Shown here in pieces: positions 9,481 to 18,527 of a stretch of 49,586 nt of DNA. The DNA comes from Candidatus Altiarchaeales archaeon (GTDB lineage Archaea > Altiarchaeota > Altiarchaeia > IMC4 > SCGC-AAA252-I15): positions 1-49,586 of the forward strand of contig WJJK01000045.1 in assembly GCA_014729705.1 (NCBI GenBank), read 5' to 3'. The position numbers were made by a program, and so were the translations under genes. The first letter of the stretch is position 1. Each line of letters opens with the position of its first letter. Under the pieces are notes generated by a model. It worked only from the letters and a program-made list of their open reading frames with translations. It searched no databases and was not told the DNA's origin.

Positions 9481-9778
9481 TCGTTTCAGAGTAATAGTTA
9501 ATCAGGATAGCAAAGGTGAGATACTTTGCTTCTGTCCTTATGATGAGTACCTCAAGGGTCTTTGTGTTTGTAGGGAAAAGTACGACTGCCCGGAAGCTAT
9601 AATAGAGTTAACAGTCCTTCCTAACTCCCGTCCCTCTGACAAAGTAGTGGCGGCGGTTGAAAAAGGGAAGCGGGAAGTTAAATCCGCAGAACGTGAGATA
9701 AAGCGATCTGCGGATAGGATAAAGCAAGGCGTTAACCGTTTGGAGAGAGTAGCCGGTAAAAACCGATGGAGGATTTAA
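9464..9778 (+). CDS. hypothetical protein
   Basis: 104-aa ORF with Cys-rich N-terminal and basic C-terminal halves. Confidence 0.45.
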   Translation: MPMESNRFRVIVNQDSKGEILCFCPYDEYLKGLCVCREKYDCPEAIIELTVLPNSRPSDKVVAAVEKGKREVKSAEREIKRSADRIKQGVNRLERVAGKNRWRI

Positions 9779-9779
9779 G

Positions 9780-10382
9780 ATGTCGGAGATTTTGGGTTTT
9801 GGGTCTACGGCGCAGGTGGGTAAGGACACCGCTGCCAATCATTTAGAGGAAGTTTTTGGAGAAGCGAAGAGAGTGGCTTTTGCGGATAAGTTGAAGCAGG
9901 TAGCCATGCTTCTTTTTGGACTTTCTTATGAACAGTGTTACGGTCCAGTGGAAATCAAAGAGAAAGTGGACCCTCGCTATAACCTAACGCCGCGGGAGAT
10001 ACTTCAGGGTATTGGTGAAAACATGAGAAAGGTTTATGAAGATATCTGGATAGACACTGTTTTCAATACCACCATTCCTGATTTAGAACAGCAGGGTTAT
10101 AGTAAGTTTGTCATTTCGGATGTACGTTATCCTAATGAAGCAAGAAAAATAACAAAAGAAGGTGGCGCTGTAGTTCGTATTGATAGAGAAGGTTCTGGTG
10201 TTTCGGTAGGTAAGGGGCATTCTAGCGAGACAGCCATGGAGGATTACAAAGACTACACCGCTATTTTGAAAAACAACGGGACTCTGGAAGAGTTTTTTGC
10301 CAGCGTTGAGGCCCTAGTGGAGGAGCTCGGATGGCAAAAATTGAAAGAAGAGACGGAACAAGTACAGAAGGCAGAGGCTTAG
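9780..10382 (+). CDS. deoxynucleoside monophosphate kinase-like P-loop protein
   Basis: GFGSTAQVGKDTAA P-loop variant plus ISDVRYPNEA, as in phage dNMP kinases. It sits next to thyA and DHFR. Confidence 0.65.
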   Translation: MSEILGFGSTAQVGKDTAANHLEEVFGEAKRVAFADKLKQVAMLLFGLSYEQCYGPVEIKEKVDPRYNLTPREILQGIGENMRKVYEDIWIDTVFNTTIPDLEQQGYSKFVISDVRYPNEARKITKEGGAVVRIDREGSGVSVGKGHSSETAMEDYKDYTAILKNNGTLEEFFASVEALVEELGWQKLKEETEQVQKAEA

Positions 10383-11182
10383 GTCATTCCTTCGCTGCTG
10401 ATAATGTAGACAGGGGTGATCCCGAACTTAATCAGTTTATTAAGAGAAGGCCTACGTATCCCTGGGGAGACAACCCTCGCGGTAGAGAAATAGAGTTTCA
10501 AGATCAATCACAACCTAAAGAGAGAGAAACTTTTAGAGCTTATAGAGGACTTGTTCCTATTGAAGGTCAGGACCCTCTGAAGCCCAAGCAGGTTATTAGG
10601 GTTGGTAGCATCAAGGAGATTAGACCAGAACTTCCTAATCGAACTGTAGATACCGCCGCTCTGGATGCAGCAAAAGAGGCCGAGCGCCAAGCACTTCTTG
10701 CTGCTGATTTTGGGTCTCTCTTCCCGTCGGCGGAAATACTTTCCCCTTCCCCCGGAGCTACTTTTTCTCCCGGAGATCGTATCACGATCCGCGCCAAGGG
10801 AACTGACATTCGTGGTATTTATTCTTGCACCCTATTTGTTGACGGTAGCCCTGTTGATAGAAGAAACTTAGATCGAAGAGATCAGGACCACAACAAGAAG
10901 CAGGAGTTTATTTTCCTCTATGACGTCCCTGCTGATAGAGCTTTGGGCAGCATGGATATTATGATTAGAGTTTTTGACGTGGAATCTTCTGCCCAAGGTG
11001 TTATTGCTGACGATGCCATTAATGATTCTCCGGTACAGTTCAGAGGCGCAGTTGGGTCCCAGGACGGAAGAATAGGAAGAACAGGCTCTACTCCCAAAAC
11101 TAATCCCCAGTTGGAGATCGACCCTCACCAGTATCTTCGAACCCCAGAAGGTATTGCTACTATAACGGTAAACATAGTGTAA
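10331..11182 (+). CDS. hypothetical protein with an Ig-like central segment
   Basis: GGAGGAG lies 5 nt before the ATG. The gene overlaps the upstream one by 52 nt. SPGATFSPGDRITIRAKGTDIRGIYSCTLFVDG resembles a Big/Ig-like strand pattern. Confidence 0.5.
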   Translation: MAKIERRDGTSTEGRGLGHSFAADNVDRGDPELNQFIKRRPTYPWGDNPRGREIEFQDQSQPKERETFRAYRGLVPIEGQDPLKPKQVIRVGSIKEIRPELPNRTVDTAALDAAKEAERQALLAADFGSLFPSAEILSPSPGATFSPGDRITIRAKGTDIRGIYSCTLFVDGSPVDRRNLDRRDQDHNKKQEFIFLYDVPADRALGSMDIMIRVFDVESSAQGVIADDAINDSPVQFRGAVGSQDGRIGRTGSTPKTNPQLEIDPHQYLRTPEGIATITVNIV

Positions 11183-11191
11183 GGAGATTTT

Positions 11192-11698
11192 GTGCCTAAA
11201 AAGAATAACAAACCTTCAAAAAGTGTGAACATCGACGCTATCAAAAGAGATGCTTCAAAGTTGGGCAAGCAGCTATCTAAAGAAAACCCTGCCTCTTTTG
11301 GAAAAGAACTTTCTCCGGGCTCTGTGCGTCGGGAGTCTCCTTTAGAACAGGAGATAGGAAGTACCAAATACCGGGAGATGATCCACCAGCATAATAAGAA
11401 AAACGAGCACATTTTGGATAGGCTCCCCTTTACTTTTCCCAAGAAGAAAGTGGTACGTTCCCACCTGAATGTGGTTGTAGAGTGTGTTGAATGTGGTCAC
11501 CAAGCTGTAGCTAATGAGAATACCGTAGGTATTACTTGCCCTGAGTGCAAGGACTACTGCCGGGTTATCAACCCCGAGCGAGAGAAGCGTTATGGGGACG
11601 AGAGCGACAAAGTGGGTATTTTTGGTACTGCTTCAGACCTTTTGGAGCTTCGAGAAAAAAGACGTGCATCAGAAGATAATGGGAAAAAAGAACAATAA
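11192..11698 (+). CDS. zinc-ribbon protein
   Basis: GTG start after AAGGAG. Contains CVECG...CPECKDYC. Confidence 0.5.
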   Translation: MPKKNNKPSKSVNIDAIKRDASKLGKQLSKENPASFGKELSPGSVRRESPLEQEIGSTKYREMIHQHNKKNEHILDRLPFTFPKKKVVRSHLNVVVECVECGHQAVANENTVGITCPECKDYCRVINPEREKRYGDESDKVGIFGTASDLLELREKRRASEDNGKKEQ

Positions 11699-11700
11699 AC

Positions 11701-11729
11701 TTGATAAATTTGTGATTTTCCTTTATTAT
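11701..11729 (+). promoter_or_regulatory. sigma70-like promoter candidate upstream of the NusG-like gene
   Basis: TTGATA (11701-11706), a 17-nt spacer, then TATTAT (11724-11729). Confidence 0.5.
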
Positions 11730-11754
11730 TGTCTTGGAAGTCGAGGTGGTACTC

Positions 11755-12288
11755 ATGGGCGAAAATAAAAGTTGGTATGCTTGGGTCATTAAAAGGAACC
11801 GTCTGGATAATGTGGTTAAGTTTATCCGAGAGCAGGTTCCGGAAATAGATAAGTACTTCTACCCTCTGATTAAAAAGGAGTATCAAACAAAGCGGGGGGT
11901 TCGTGTTAAAGACCGTCCCCTTTATGAGGGCTACATCTTCTTACGCTATAATGATCATGATGTAGTCTTTCACAAGCTAAGTGCTTACCCTTTCGTGACT
12001 ACCTACGCGGGGCCTGTTTCTGAAGATGAAATTGAAAGAATGCAGGCCTCCCAAGGTAAGCTTCTCACCGAAATCAAAACCAGTAAATTTTCCGCCGGTG
12101 ATCCCGTAAACCTCCTGGACGGACCCTTTAAGGGGTTTGAGGGGGTAGTCGTAGAGACTCAAGGGGATGCCGTCAAGGTGAGAATAGACGCTCAGATCCT
12201 TGGTAAGGGCGTGGAAATGGCTTTCAACGAGGATGTATTAGAGCGTAAAACTGAGCTGCAAAATACTGAAGTGCAGGATATTGGATAA
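11755..12288 (+). CDS. NusG/Spt5-like transcription elongation factor (NGN + KOW)
   Basis: ATG 11755 follows GAGGTGG; the track starts the ORF earlier, at 11734. The NGN-like part reads SWYAWVIK...RPLYEGYIFLRY...AYPFVTTYAG. The KOW part reads FSAGDPVNLLDGPFKGFEGVVVE...VKVRI. Confidence 0.8.
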   Translation: MGENKSWYAWVIKRNRLDNVVKFIREQVPEIDKYFYPLIKKEYQTKRGVRVKDRPLYEGYIFLRYNDHDVVFHKLSAYPFVTTYAGPVSEDEIERMQASQGKLLTEIKTSKFSAGDPVNLLDGPFKGFEGVVVETQGDAVKVRIDAQILGKGVEMAFNEDVLERKTELQNTEVQDIG

Positions 12289-12294
12289 ATCTAA

Positions 12295-12783
12295 ATGCAA
12301 CGAGGGAGAAAGCCTGGCTATAAACACTCTGACGAGACCAAGGATAAAATACGACAAGGACGTCAGGGCAAAGGTCAGGACGAGGAAACGCGTTCTAAAA
12401 TAAGTAAATCTATGCGGGGAAGATCCAAGAACCCCGAGCACCGAGAGGCTCTCTCGGACAGCTTGCGCGACCTTGAACGAAAATGTATGCGTCGTTTCCT
12501 GGAACTCAAAGCAGAGTACCCCGGACACGAAGATTTTTTTGAAGCACATAAATCTGAAATCCTCTTTGCTATGCGCTCCATAAAGTCTGAGAAGGAGCTT
12601 AGGGACATTCGAAAGTACTTTGAAACGGTTCCTATAGAATATGCTCCGGAGAATGTTACCAGTTATCAGTATGCCAGCAGTTCGTGCTACGCACAAGAAG
12701 ATGCCATGATTGCCTTATTGGATGCTGCGTCTTTCCTGCGGAAGTTTAGAAGTACCAATACTGAAAATCCCACAATCCACTGA
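12295..12783 (+). CDS. NUMOD3-repeat DNA-binding protein with no recognisable nuclease domain
   Basis: Three tandem G(x)K/HSxETKxKI-type motifs: GYKHSDETKDKIRQGRQGK, GQDEETRSKISKSMRGR, SKNPEHREALSDS. Confidence 0.45.
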   Translation: MQRGRKPGYKHSDETKDKIRQGRQGKGQDEETRSKISKSMRGRSKNPEHREALSDSLRDLERKCMRRFLELKAEYPGHEDFFEAHKSEILFAMRSIKSEKELRDIRKYFETVPIEYAPENVTSYQYASSSCYAQEDAMIALLDAASFLRKFRSTNTENPTIH

Positions 12784-12832
12784 AAATAAAAGAAAAAGTC
12801 CTTTTTTAACTAACTTACCTGTTCTTTAATGA

Positions 12833-12866
12833 GGGGTGAACTGTCTATGGTTGTTCCCCTTTATTT
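12833..12866 (+). terminator. terminator-like imperfect hairpin plus T-rich tail
   Basis: GGGG..AAC / GTT..CCCC arms (12833-12859) followed by TTTATTT. Confidence 0.35.
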
Positions 12867-12884
12867 GTATGTTCGGGTTTCTAA

Positions 12885-13553
12885 ATGAGCAAAAAAACGG
12901 AAATCAACGAAAAAGATTTAGACAATAAGGCGGAAAAGGACCCTAAGTCCAAGCGCTGGAATAATGCCAATAGTCGTAAGAACCTGAAGCAGTACCAAAA
13001 AGATAAGAAAGAAGAGCCTGTAGTTCCCGAGGTTGTCTCTGAAGATGAGGAGGACAACACGCAGGCGCAAGCACTGGTTGTAGGTCGCAAGATAAGTCCT
13101 GATTTAGTAAAGAAACTCATGCCGCAGCGGGGAGTACTTACTGCAGCAGAAAAGAAAAGATTTAATGGTATTGTTATCACGTATTTGGCAGATTTTAAAA
13201 ACGAAGAACCAACAGCCGCAGACGTTGATGACATTTTCGAAATAGCCAAAAGCGACATTATGGAGACGCGCCTTTTGCAGGCGTCAAAAAGCGACCCTCA
13301 AGCTTTGGTTAGTATTTCTCAAGCTATTGAAAAGCTTAATAAGAGAAAGCAGCAGGCTAAAGAAAACCTGTCCAGCCGTCGAGTGGATCGCAAAGGAACG
13401 CGAGCTTCTGCTGACGTGAACATCATCGACCTTGTAGTTCAGTTTGATAGTCTCCGCAAGAATGAACAGAGAGACAAAATCGATGCTCTCATGGCCGAAG
13501 AGGACGAGACGTCGCAGAAGCTGCGGAAAGTCCTGGAAGACGACGGGTACTAA
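12885..13553 (+). CDS. putative small terminase subunit (by position)
   Basis: 222-aa basic/charged protein directly upstream of TerL and TAATG-coupled to it. Confidence 0.4.
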   Translation: MSKKTEINEKDLDNKAEKDPKSKRWNNANSRKNLKQYQKDKKEEPVVPEVVSEDEEDNTQAQALVVGRKISPDLVKKLMPQRGVLTAAEKKRFNGIVITYLADFKNEEPTAADVDDIFEIAKSDIMETRLLQASKSDPQALVSISQAIEKLNKRKQQAKENLSSRRVDRKGTRASADVNIIDLVVQFDSLRKNEQRDKIDALMAEEDETSQKLRKVLEDDGY

Positions 13554-16500
13554 TGCTAAAACAAGACGATCCCGAGTTTCTTTCTGCATCCGCAGAACTA
13601 ATACAATTCTATAGACAATACCCTGAAATAGCCGCAGAAGAACTTTTTGGAACTCCGCAGAAACCTTTTCGGTTATCCAACATCCAGAAAGTAGTCTTGC
13701 GGTCTATGTGGTTTAAGAACTACGTCATGGCTGTTATGTGCCGCGGCGCCGGAAAATGCGTAGGCAAGGATTCTTACATATTCACAGACCGTGGGATCTA
13801 TCGAATAAAGGACTTGATGGCAAAGACATCTGTCCTACAAGATGCTGATTTTTCTATATCTGATGGACAATCTCTGGCACCTGCACAAAAGGTTTACTAT
13901 GATGGTATTCAAACGGTCAATATTTTGGAAACATCATTGGGCTATTCTATAAATGTAACCGATGATCATCCATTACTCGTTATGGGTAGTTCTGGCAAGT
14001 TGGAGTGGAAGAAAGGCTGCGATATTTCAGAGAATGATTATGTGTGTATTTCACGAGGCGACAATGTTTGGTCTAACAAAACTTCTACTGGGCAACTAGC
14101 ATATTACTTAGGACTTTTAGTTGGTGATGGGTGTTTAACTCGACGGAACATTATATCTTTTTCTAGTGAAGATGATGAACTATTGTCTGAATTCTGCAGA
14201 CTTACTAAAGAAATATTTGGCTATGATGCCAAGATTAGTGCCCCGAAAGGTAAATGTCGTGAAGTTAGAATTTATTCTGTAAATATATGTGCGCAACTCT
14301 TAGGGTTAGGTTTAGATTATAGTAAAGCATCTGAAAAAAAGTTCCCCTCTTATTTATTAGATAAGGATAGAGATTCTATAATATCTTTTCTTCAAGGATT
14401 ATTTGATACCGATGGTACAGCAGATAGCAGAAGATTGGCAGTTTCTTTTTGTACATCTAGTGCCGAGCTGGCTGAGATTGTTCATTTATGTTTATTGAAT
14501 TTAGGTATAGTTTCCAGAAAAAGATTTAAGAAGAATAGTAAATCTGGTGCTTACATTATTGATTTATCAGGTAAGGATGCTGTCTTATTCAAAGAGATTG
14601 TTGGTTTTAGATTGGAACGTAAACAGAATATTCTCAAAGATAAATGTACGGATGTAAAAATAAACACCAATAAAGATGTTATTCCCCACCAACACGCACG
14701 TTTTTCCAGATTGTTTGCATCAACCTACGGTTTAATACCCAGAGAAAATCGACAACGCCTACATAAATACTCATGCTATTATGATATTTCCTATGAATCT
14801 TTGGACAGAACTTTATCCGATATAAACAAGAATGACGAAGATTTTTCATATTTACAAAAACTTCTAAAGTTAAATTATCGTTTTGATAAAATTGTGAAGA
14901 AGAGTCTTGCTGCGGAGGAAGTTTATGATCTTTGCATGCCGGAAGAAAATCAGCACGCATTTGTTTGTAATGGTTTTATTAACCATAATACTTTCTTATT
15001 AGGAACATTGGCGTGTCTAAAGGCTATGCTTTATCCAGGACACCGTGTTGGCCTTATTGCACCTACTTTCCGTCAGTCCAAGTTGATTTTTGACGAGTGT
15101 AATCGTATTTTTCAAAGGTCTCCTATACTACAGGATGCCTGTGAGAGAAAACCCACACAGCAGTCAGATAACTGCTACATAAGATTTAAATCAGTAGCCG
15201 GACAGCCTGGTTCTCTGGTTCAAGCTATTCCGTTAGGTGATGGTACCAAGATACGAGGTTCTCGTTTCTTTACCATTGTCTGCGACGAGTTTCCGCACAT
15301 TCCTGAAGAAATCTTCAATATGGTTATTCGTCCTATGGCCGCTACTGTTAGCGATCCCATGGAGAACGTAGAGCGTTTAGAGCAGCAGCGTGTTCTACTC
15401 GAAAAGGGACTTATAACAGAAGAGCAGCTGGAAGAGGAAACAAATGCTAACCAGATAATCATTACCTCGTCCGGCTATTTTACGTTCAACCACATGTATA
15501 CTTTGTATTGCGTCTACCGAGATGAGATGCTAAAAGGAAATCTAAAGTATGCTGCTTTCAGGGTTCCCTATACATTACTTCCTCCGGGATTTCTGGATGA
15601 GGATAACGTGGAAGCTGCCAAGAGGGAAATGTCCAGCCTTGAGTTTCGCATGGAATACGAGGCAGCTTTTATTCCGGATACGGATGCTTTCTACAAAGCT
15701 TCTCTTTTGGAGGCTTGTAGTAAGACAAGTTTCTCAACCCAGGTTGTGGGGGAGCCAGGAAAATCTTATTGTTTAGGTATAGACCCTGCTAGAAGTGAGG
15801 ACTCTTTTGCCCTAGTCGTAGTAGAAATCGGGCAGCCTGCTAAGGTAGTTCACGCTCTAGAAATCCACAAACAACCCTTCCCTAAGATGGCACAAACCAT
15901 TGAAGATCTTTGTACTGCTTTTAATGTTCAGCATATCTACATGGACTCCCAAGGAGGAGGTCATGCCATTAAAGACATTTTAGCAGAAAATCCTACCGGC
16001 AATCAATCTGGTCCCATCTTAGACCCCGAGGACGAAGTCCACCAGAGAAAATCAGGACGGCACATTCTAACTATGTGCAATTTTTCTACTGATTTTATTT
16101 CCGAATCTAACTACGCCGCTCTTAGGTTGTTGGAACACCGAGAGCTTCTATTTCCTAATGTTCCTAAGGATACCGAGCCCACTCCTGCGCAGGAAAGATC
16201 TTGGCAGACCATTCAGGATATGAAAACTCAAATGCAGACTATTGAGTTGAGTGAAACCCCTACAGGCAAGCAGCATTTTGATGTGCCCAAGGGAGGAGGT
16301 CACGGAAAGCAGAAGAAGGACTTGTATACAGCATTTATGTTGGCTGCACGTTGCGTCTATGACCTTGTGTGGTCCGAAGGTCTGCCCGATGAGATTCTGC
16401 ATCACGGTGGAGTGATGCAGCCCCGTAACAGAAATAGAAATGACAAAGAAATGGAAGACGCCTTTGGAGGCGAGATTCCTCAAGCCCTAAGAGATAAGAT

Positions 16501-16624
16501 AGAAATAGCTCAGGATCCGGAAGGTTTTAAAAGGAAGATGATTCACCAAGCCTTCCATGGAAGAAAGGTAATAACAAGCAGCGCTGCCTGTTTGACGCCC
16601 AAGCCTAAAAAGAAGGGGAAATAA
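13553..16624 (+). CDS. terL: terminase large subunit precursor containing a 411-aa intein
   Basis: The Walker A motif is split: CRGAGK | intein | TFLLGTLAC. Removing residues 69-479 restores GAGKT. The remaining 612 aa fits TerL in size and position. Confidence 0.85.
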   Translation: MLKQDDPEFLSASAELIQFYRQYPEIAAEELFGTPQKPFRLSNIQKVVLRSMWFKNYVMAVMCRGAGKCVGKDSYIFTDRGIYRIKDLMAKTSVLQDADFSISDGQSLAPAQKVYYDGIQTVNILETSLGYSINVTDDHPLLVMGSSGKLEWKKGCDISENDYVCISRGDNVWSNKTSTGQLAYYLGLLVGDGCLTRRNIISFSSEDDELLSEFCRLTKEIFGYDAKISAPKGKCREVRIYSVNICAQLLGLGLDYSKASEKKFPSYLLDKDRDSIISFLQGLFDTDGTADSRRLAVSFCTSSAELAEIVHLCLLNLGIVSRKRFKKNSKSGAYIIDLSGKDAVLFKEIVGFRLERKQNILKDKCTDVKINTNKDVIPHQHARFSRLFASTYGLIPRENRQRLHKYSCYYDISYESLDRTLSDINKNDEDFSYLQKLLKLNYRFDKIVKKSLAAEEVYDLCMPEENQHAFVCNGFINHNTFLLGTLACLKAMLYPGHRVGLIAPTFRQSKLIFDECNRIFQRSPILQDACERKPTQQSDNCYIRFKSVAGQPGSLVQAIPLGDGTKIRGSRFFTIVCDEFPHIPEEIFNMVIRPMAATVSDPMENVERLEQQRVLLEKGLITEEQLEEETNANQIIITSSGYFTFNHMYTLYCVYRDEMLKGNLKYAAFRVPYTLLPPGFLDEDNVEAAKREMSSLEFRMEYEAAFIPDTDAFYKASLLEACSKTSFSTQVVGEPGKSYCLGIDPARSEDSFALVVVEIGQPAKVVHALEIHKQPFPKMAQTIEDLCTAFNVQHIYMDSQGGGHAIKDILAENPTGNQSGPILDPEDEVHQRKSGRHILTMCNFSTDFISESNYAALRLLEHRELLFPNVPKDTEPTPAQERSWQTIQDMKTQMQTIELSETPTGKQHFDVPKGGGHGKQKKDLYTAFMLAARCVYDLVWSEGLPDEILHHGGVMQPRNRNRNDKEMEDAFGGEIPQALRDKIEIAQDPEGFKRKMIHQAFHGRKVITSSAACLTPKPKKKGK
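13757..14989 (+). mobile_element. LAGLIDADG-type intein in the TerL P-loop
   Basis: Starts at Cys (CVGKDSYIF), has a TDDH block B, LAYYLGLLVGDGCL and FLQGLFDTDGTA dodecapeptides, ends ...NGFINHN and is followed by a +1 Thr. Confidence 0.9.
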
Positions 16625-18511
16625 ATGGCGGACGACCTCAAAAAGCAGATTAATGAGAAGTTAGAACATGCCAAAATTCTCTCCCACGAAGAGGCCCGTC
16701 CTGGAGTTCACGAAATGGAGGTCGAGGTCGGCCCCGGTGGGAGATCTTTTCAGGATCTTGCCTACTTAAGCGGTGAAGATGGAGATCCTTCTCCTGTGAA
16801 GTTCTGGGAAGGGGGCCGTAACATCTCCCGCGATTGGCTTCGTCGCGTCGATTTAGATTTGCTCATTGGTAAGCCTCAGGTAGTTCAGGCTCGCCCGGAG
16901 CAGCTCTATGACAATGCTCTTAACACCTATCATTCGCAAGGAATGGTTGGTACCATAATAGATACTCTTACAAACTTTGCTTCCAAGGGATTTAAAAACG
17001 ACATAGATGACGAGGAGATTAAGTTATTCTACGATACTTGGGTCAGAGAAATAGGTTTCCAAGAAGTAGTAGAAAAAATCTTTTTTGATTTCTTTAGGGT
17101 AGGTACGGTCACTACTTTTAAAATCGTAGGTAAGTTTGATCCGAAACTAAGACCTGAAGATTTTGATAGAACTGTAAAAAATGCTTCCGCAAAAGCTCAG
17201 TTTAAAACCAACGCAGAAATGCAGCAGTTGATGGCTTATAGAGATTGGGCAGCCGCAAAAAAGGTTTGGTCTAAATCTTATGTGCCCCTTCACTATACTA
17301 TTTTAGATCCTCGTTTGGTTACTCACGAAGGGCCGCTTCTCTTTGATCAGACGCAGACTTTTCTGAAGCCAGAAGCTTTCAAGGAAATGAGAGACATTCT
17401 GAAAAAACCTGCTAGCCAGCGCCCTAAGGAAAAGCAAGAGGTTATAAGGAAACTTCCTACTGAGTTTGTAGAACAGATAAAAAAGAATAAACCTGTAAGG
17501 CTTCCCCAGGAGTTGGTAGGTAGGTGTGATTATAGAAGGCAAGACTACGAGCGTTATGCTAAGCCAAAGATTGCTCGTCTTTTGGATGACATTCGCTACA
17601 AGGAAGAACTAAAGAAGGCTGATTTTTCCACTCTGGACGGAATCACAAACTATATCCTCAAGATTACTATTGGAAATGACGACCACCCAGTCACGGATCA
17701 ATCTCAGCTAGAGGCGGTTGCTAAACTTTTTGATACCTCAAGTAAAAGTTTCGACATTGTTTGGAACCACACACTCCAGGTAGAGAAGATCACCTTTCCT
17801 GAAATAGATACGATTTTAGGACAGAATAAGTTTGCCCAGGTAAATGACGATTTGAGTCAAGCTTTCGGTGTAACCCGAGCACTTCTTGATGGACAGGTAA
17901 GCGGTAATGCTAAAGCCATAGAAGCAGCCACTAAAGCTTTTGCCGAAGAAATAAACTATGCTCGACGCTGCATAAAGCGGTGGATAGATCGTGAATACGA
18001 GGAAATAGCTCTGGCTATGGGCTTCACTCGTTATCCTAAAGTACGCTTCGACGAGAATACTCTCAAGGATGAGATCATGCTTATGAGTGTTGTTCAGGGT
18101 ATGATAGACAGGCGCATTATCTCCTACGAGACCGGTATCGAGAAGTTAGGCTTTGACTTTGGTAATGAGCTGTCGAACATGATGCAGGAGCATCCTATGG
18201 TTCAGGCAGGTGTTCTTGGTGTTATCGGTTCTCCTTATAATCCTAAGGCTCTTCCTCCGGAAAATCCTCCGGCCGAAAAGGACACCACCAAGGATGGTAA
18301 GGAAACTACTCTTACACAAGATGATTTGGAAGAGTTCAGAAAGAACATGGAGCAACAACTACAAGGTCTTAAAGATAACATACAGGAAGTTCAAAGAACT
18401 CCCAAGGGAACTCCAAGCGAGGGCCGGCCTCGAAAGGGCCGGGGAAAGCCTCGTCAGAAATCCACAAAACCCAACACTAGGCCACGCAAGCCAAATAAAC
18501 AATCTACGTAA
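16625..18511 (+). CDS. portal protein (by position and size)
   Basis: 628 aa with a TAAATG junction after TerL and a basic C-terminal tail. No motif verified. Confidence 0.6.
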   Translation: MADDLKKQINEKLEHAKILSHEEARPGVHEMEVEVGPGGRSFQDLAYLSGEDGDPSPVKFWEGGRNISRDWLRRVDLDLLIGKPQVVQARPEQLYDNALNTYHSQGMVGTIIDTLTNFASKGFKNDIDDEEIKLFYDTWVREIGFQEVVEKIFFDFFRVGTVTTFKIVGKFDPKLRPEDFDRTVKNASAKAQFKTNAEMQQLMAYRDWAAAKKVWSKSYVPLHYTILDPRLVTHEGPLLFDQTQTFLKPEAFKEMRDILKKPASQRPKEKQEVIRKLPTEFVEQIKKNKPVRLPQELVGRCDYRRQDYERYAKPKIARLLDDIRYKEELKKADFSTLDGITNYILKITIGNDDHPVTDQSQLEAVAKLFDTSSKSFDIVWNHTLQVEKITFPEIDTILGQNKFAQVNDDLSQAFGVTRALLDGQVSGNAKAIEAATKAFAEEINYARRCIKRWIDREYEEIALAMGFTRYPKVRFDENTLKDEIMLMSVVQGMIDRRIISYETGIEKLGFDFGNELSNMMQEHPMVQAGVLGVIGSPYNPKALPPENPPAEKDTTKDGKETTLTQDDLEEFRKNMEQQLQGLKDNIQEVQRTPKGTPSEGRPRKGRGKPRQKSTKPNTRPRKPNKQST

Positions 18512-18527
18512 GGAGGGATAGCAATCC

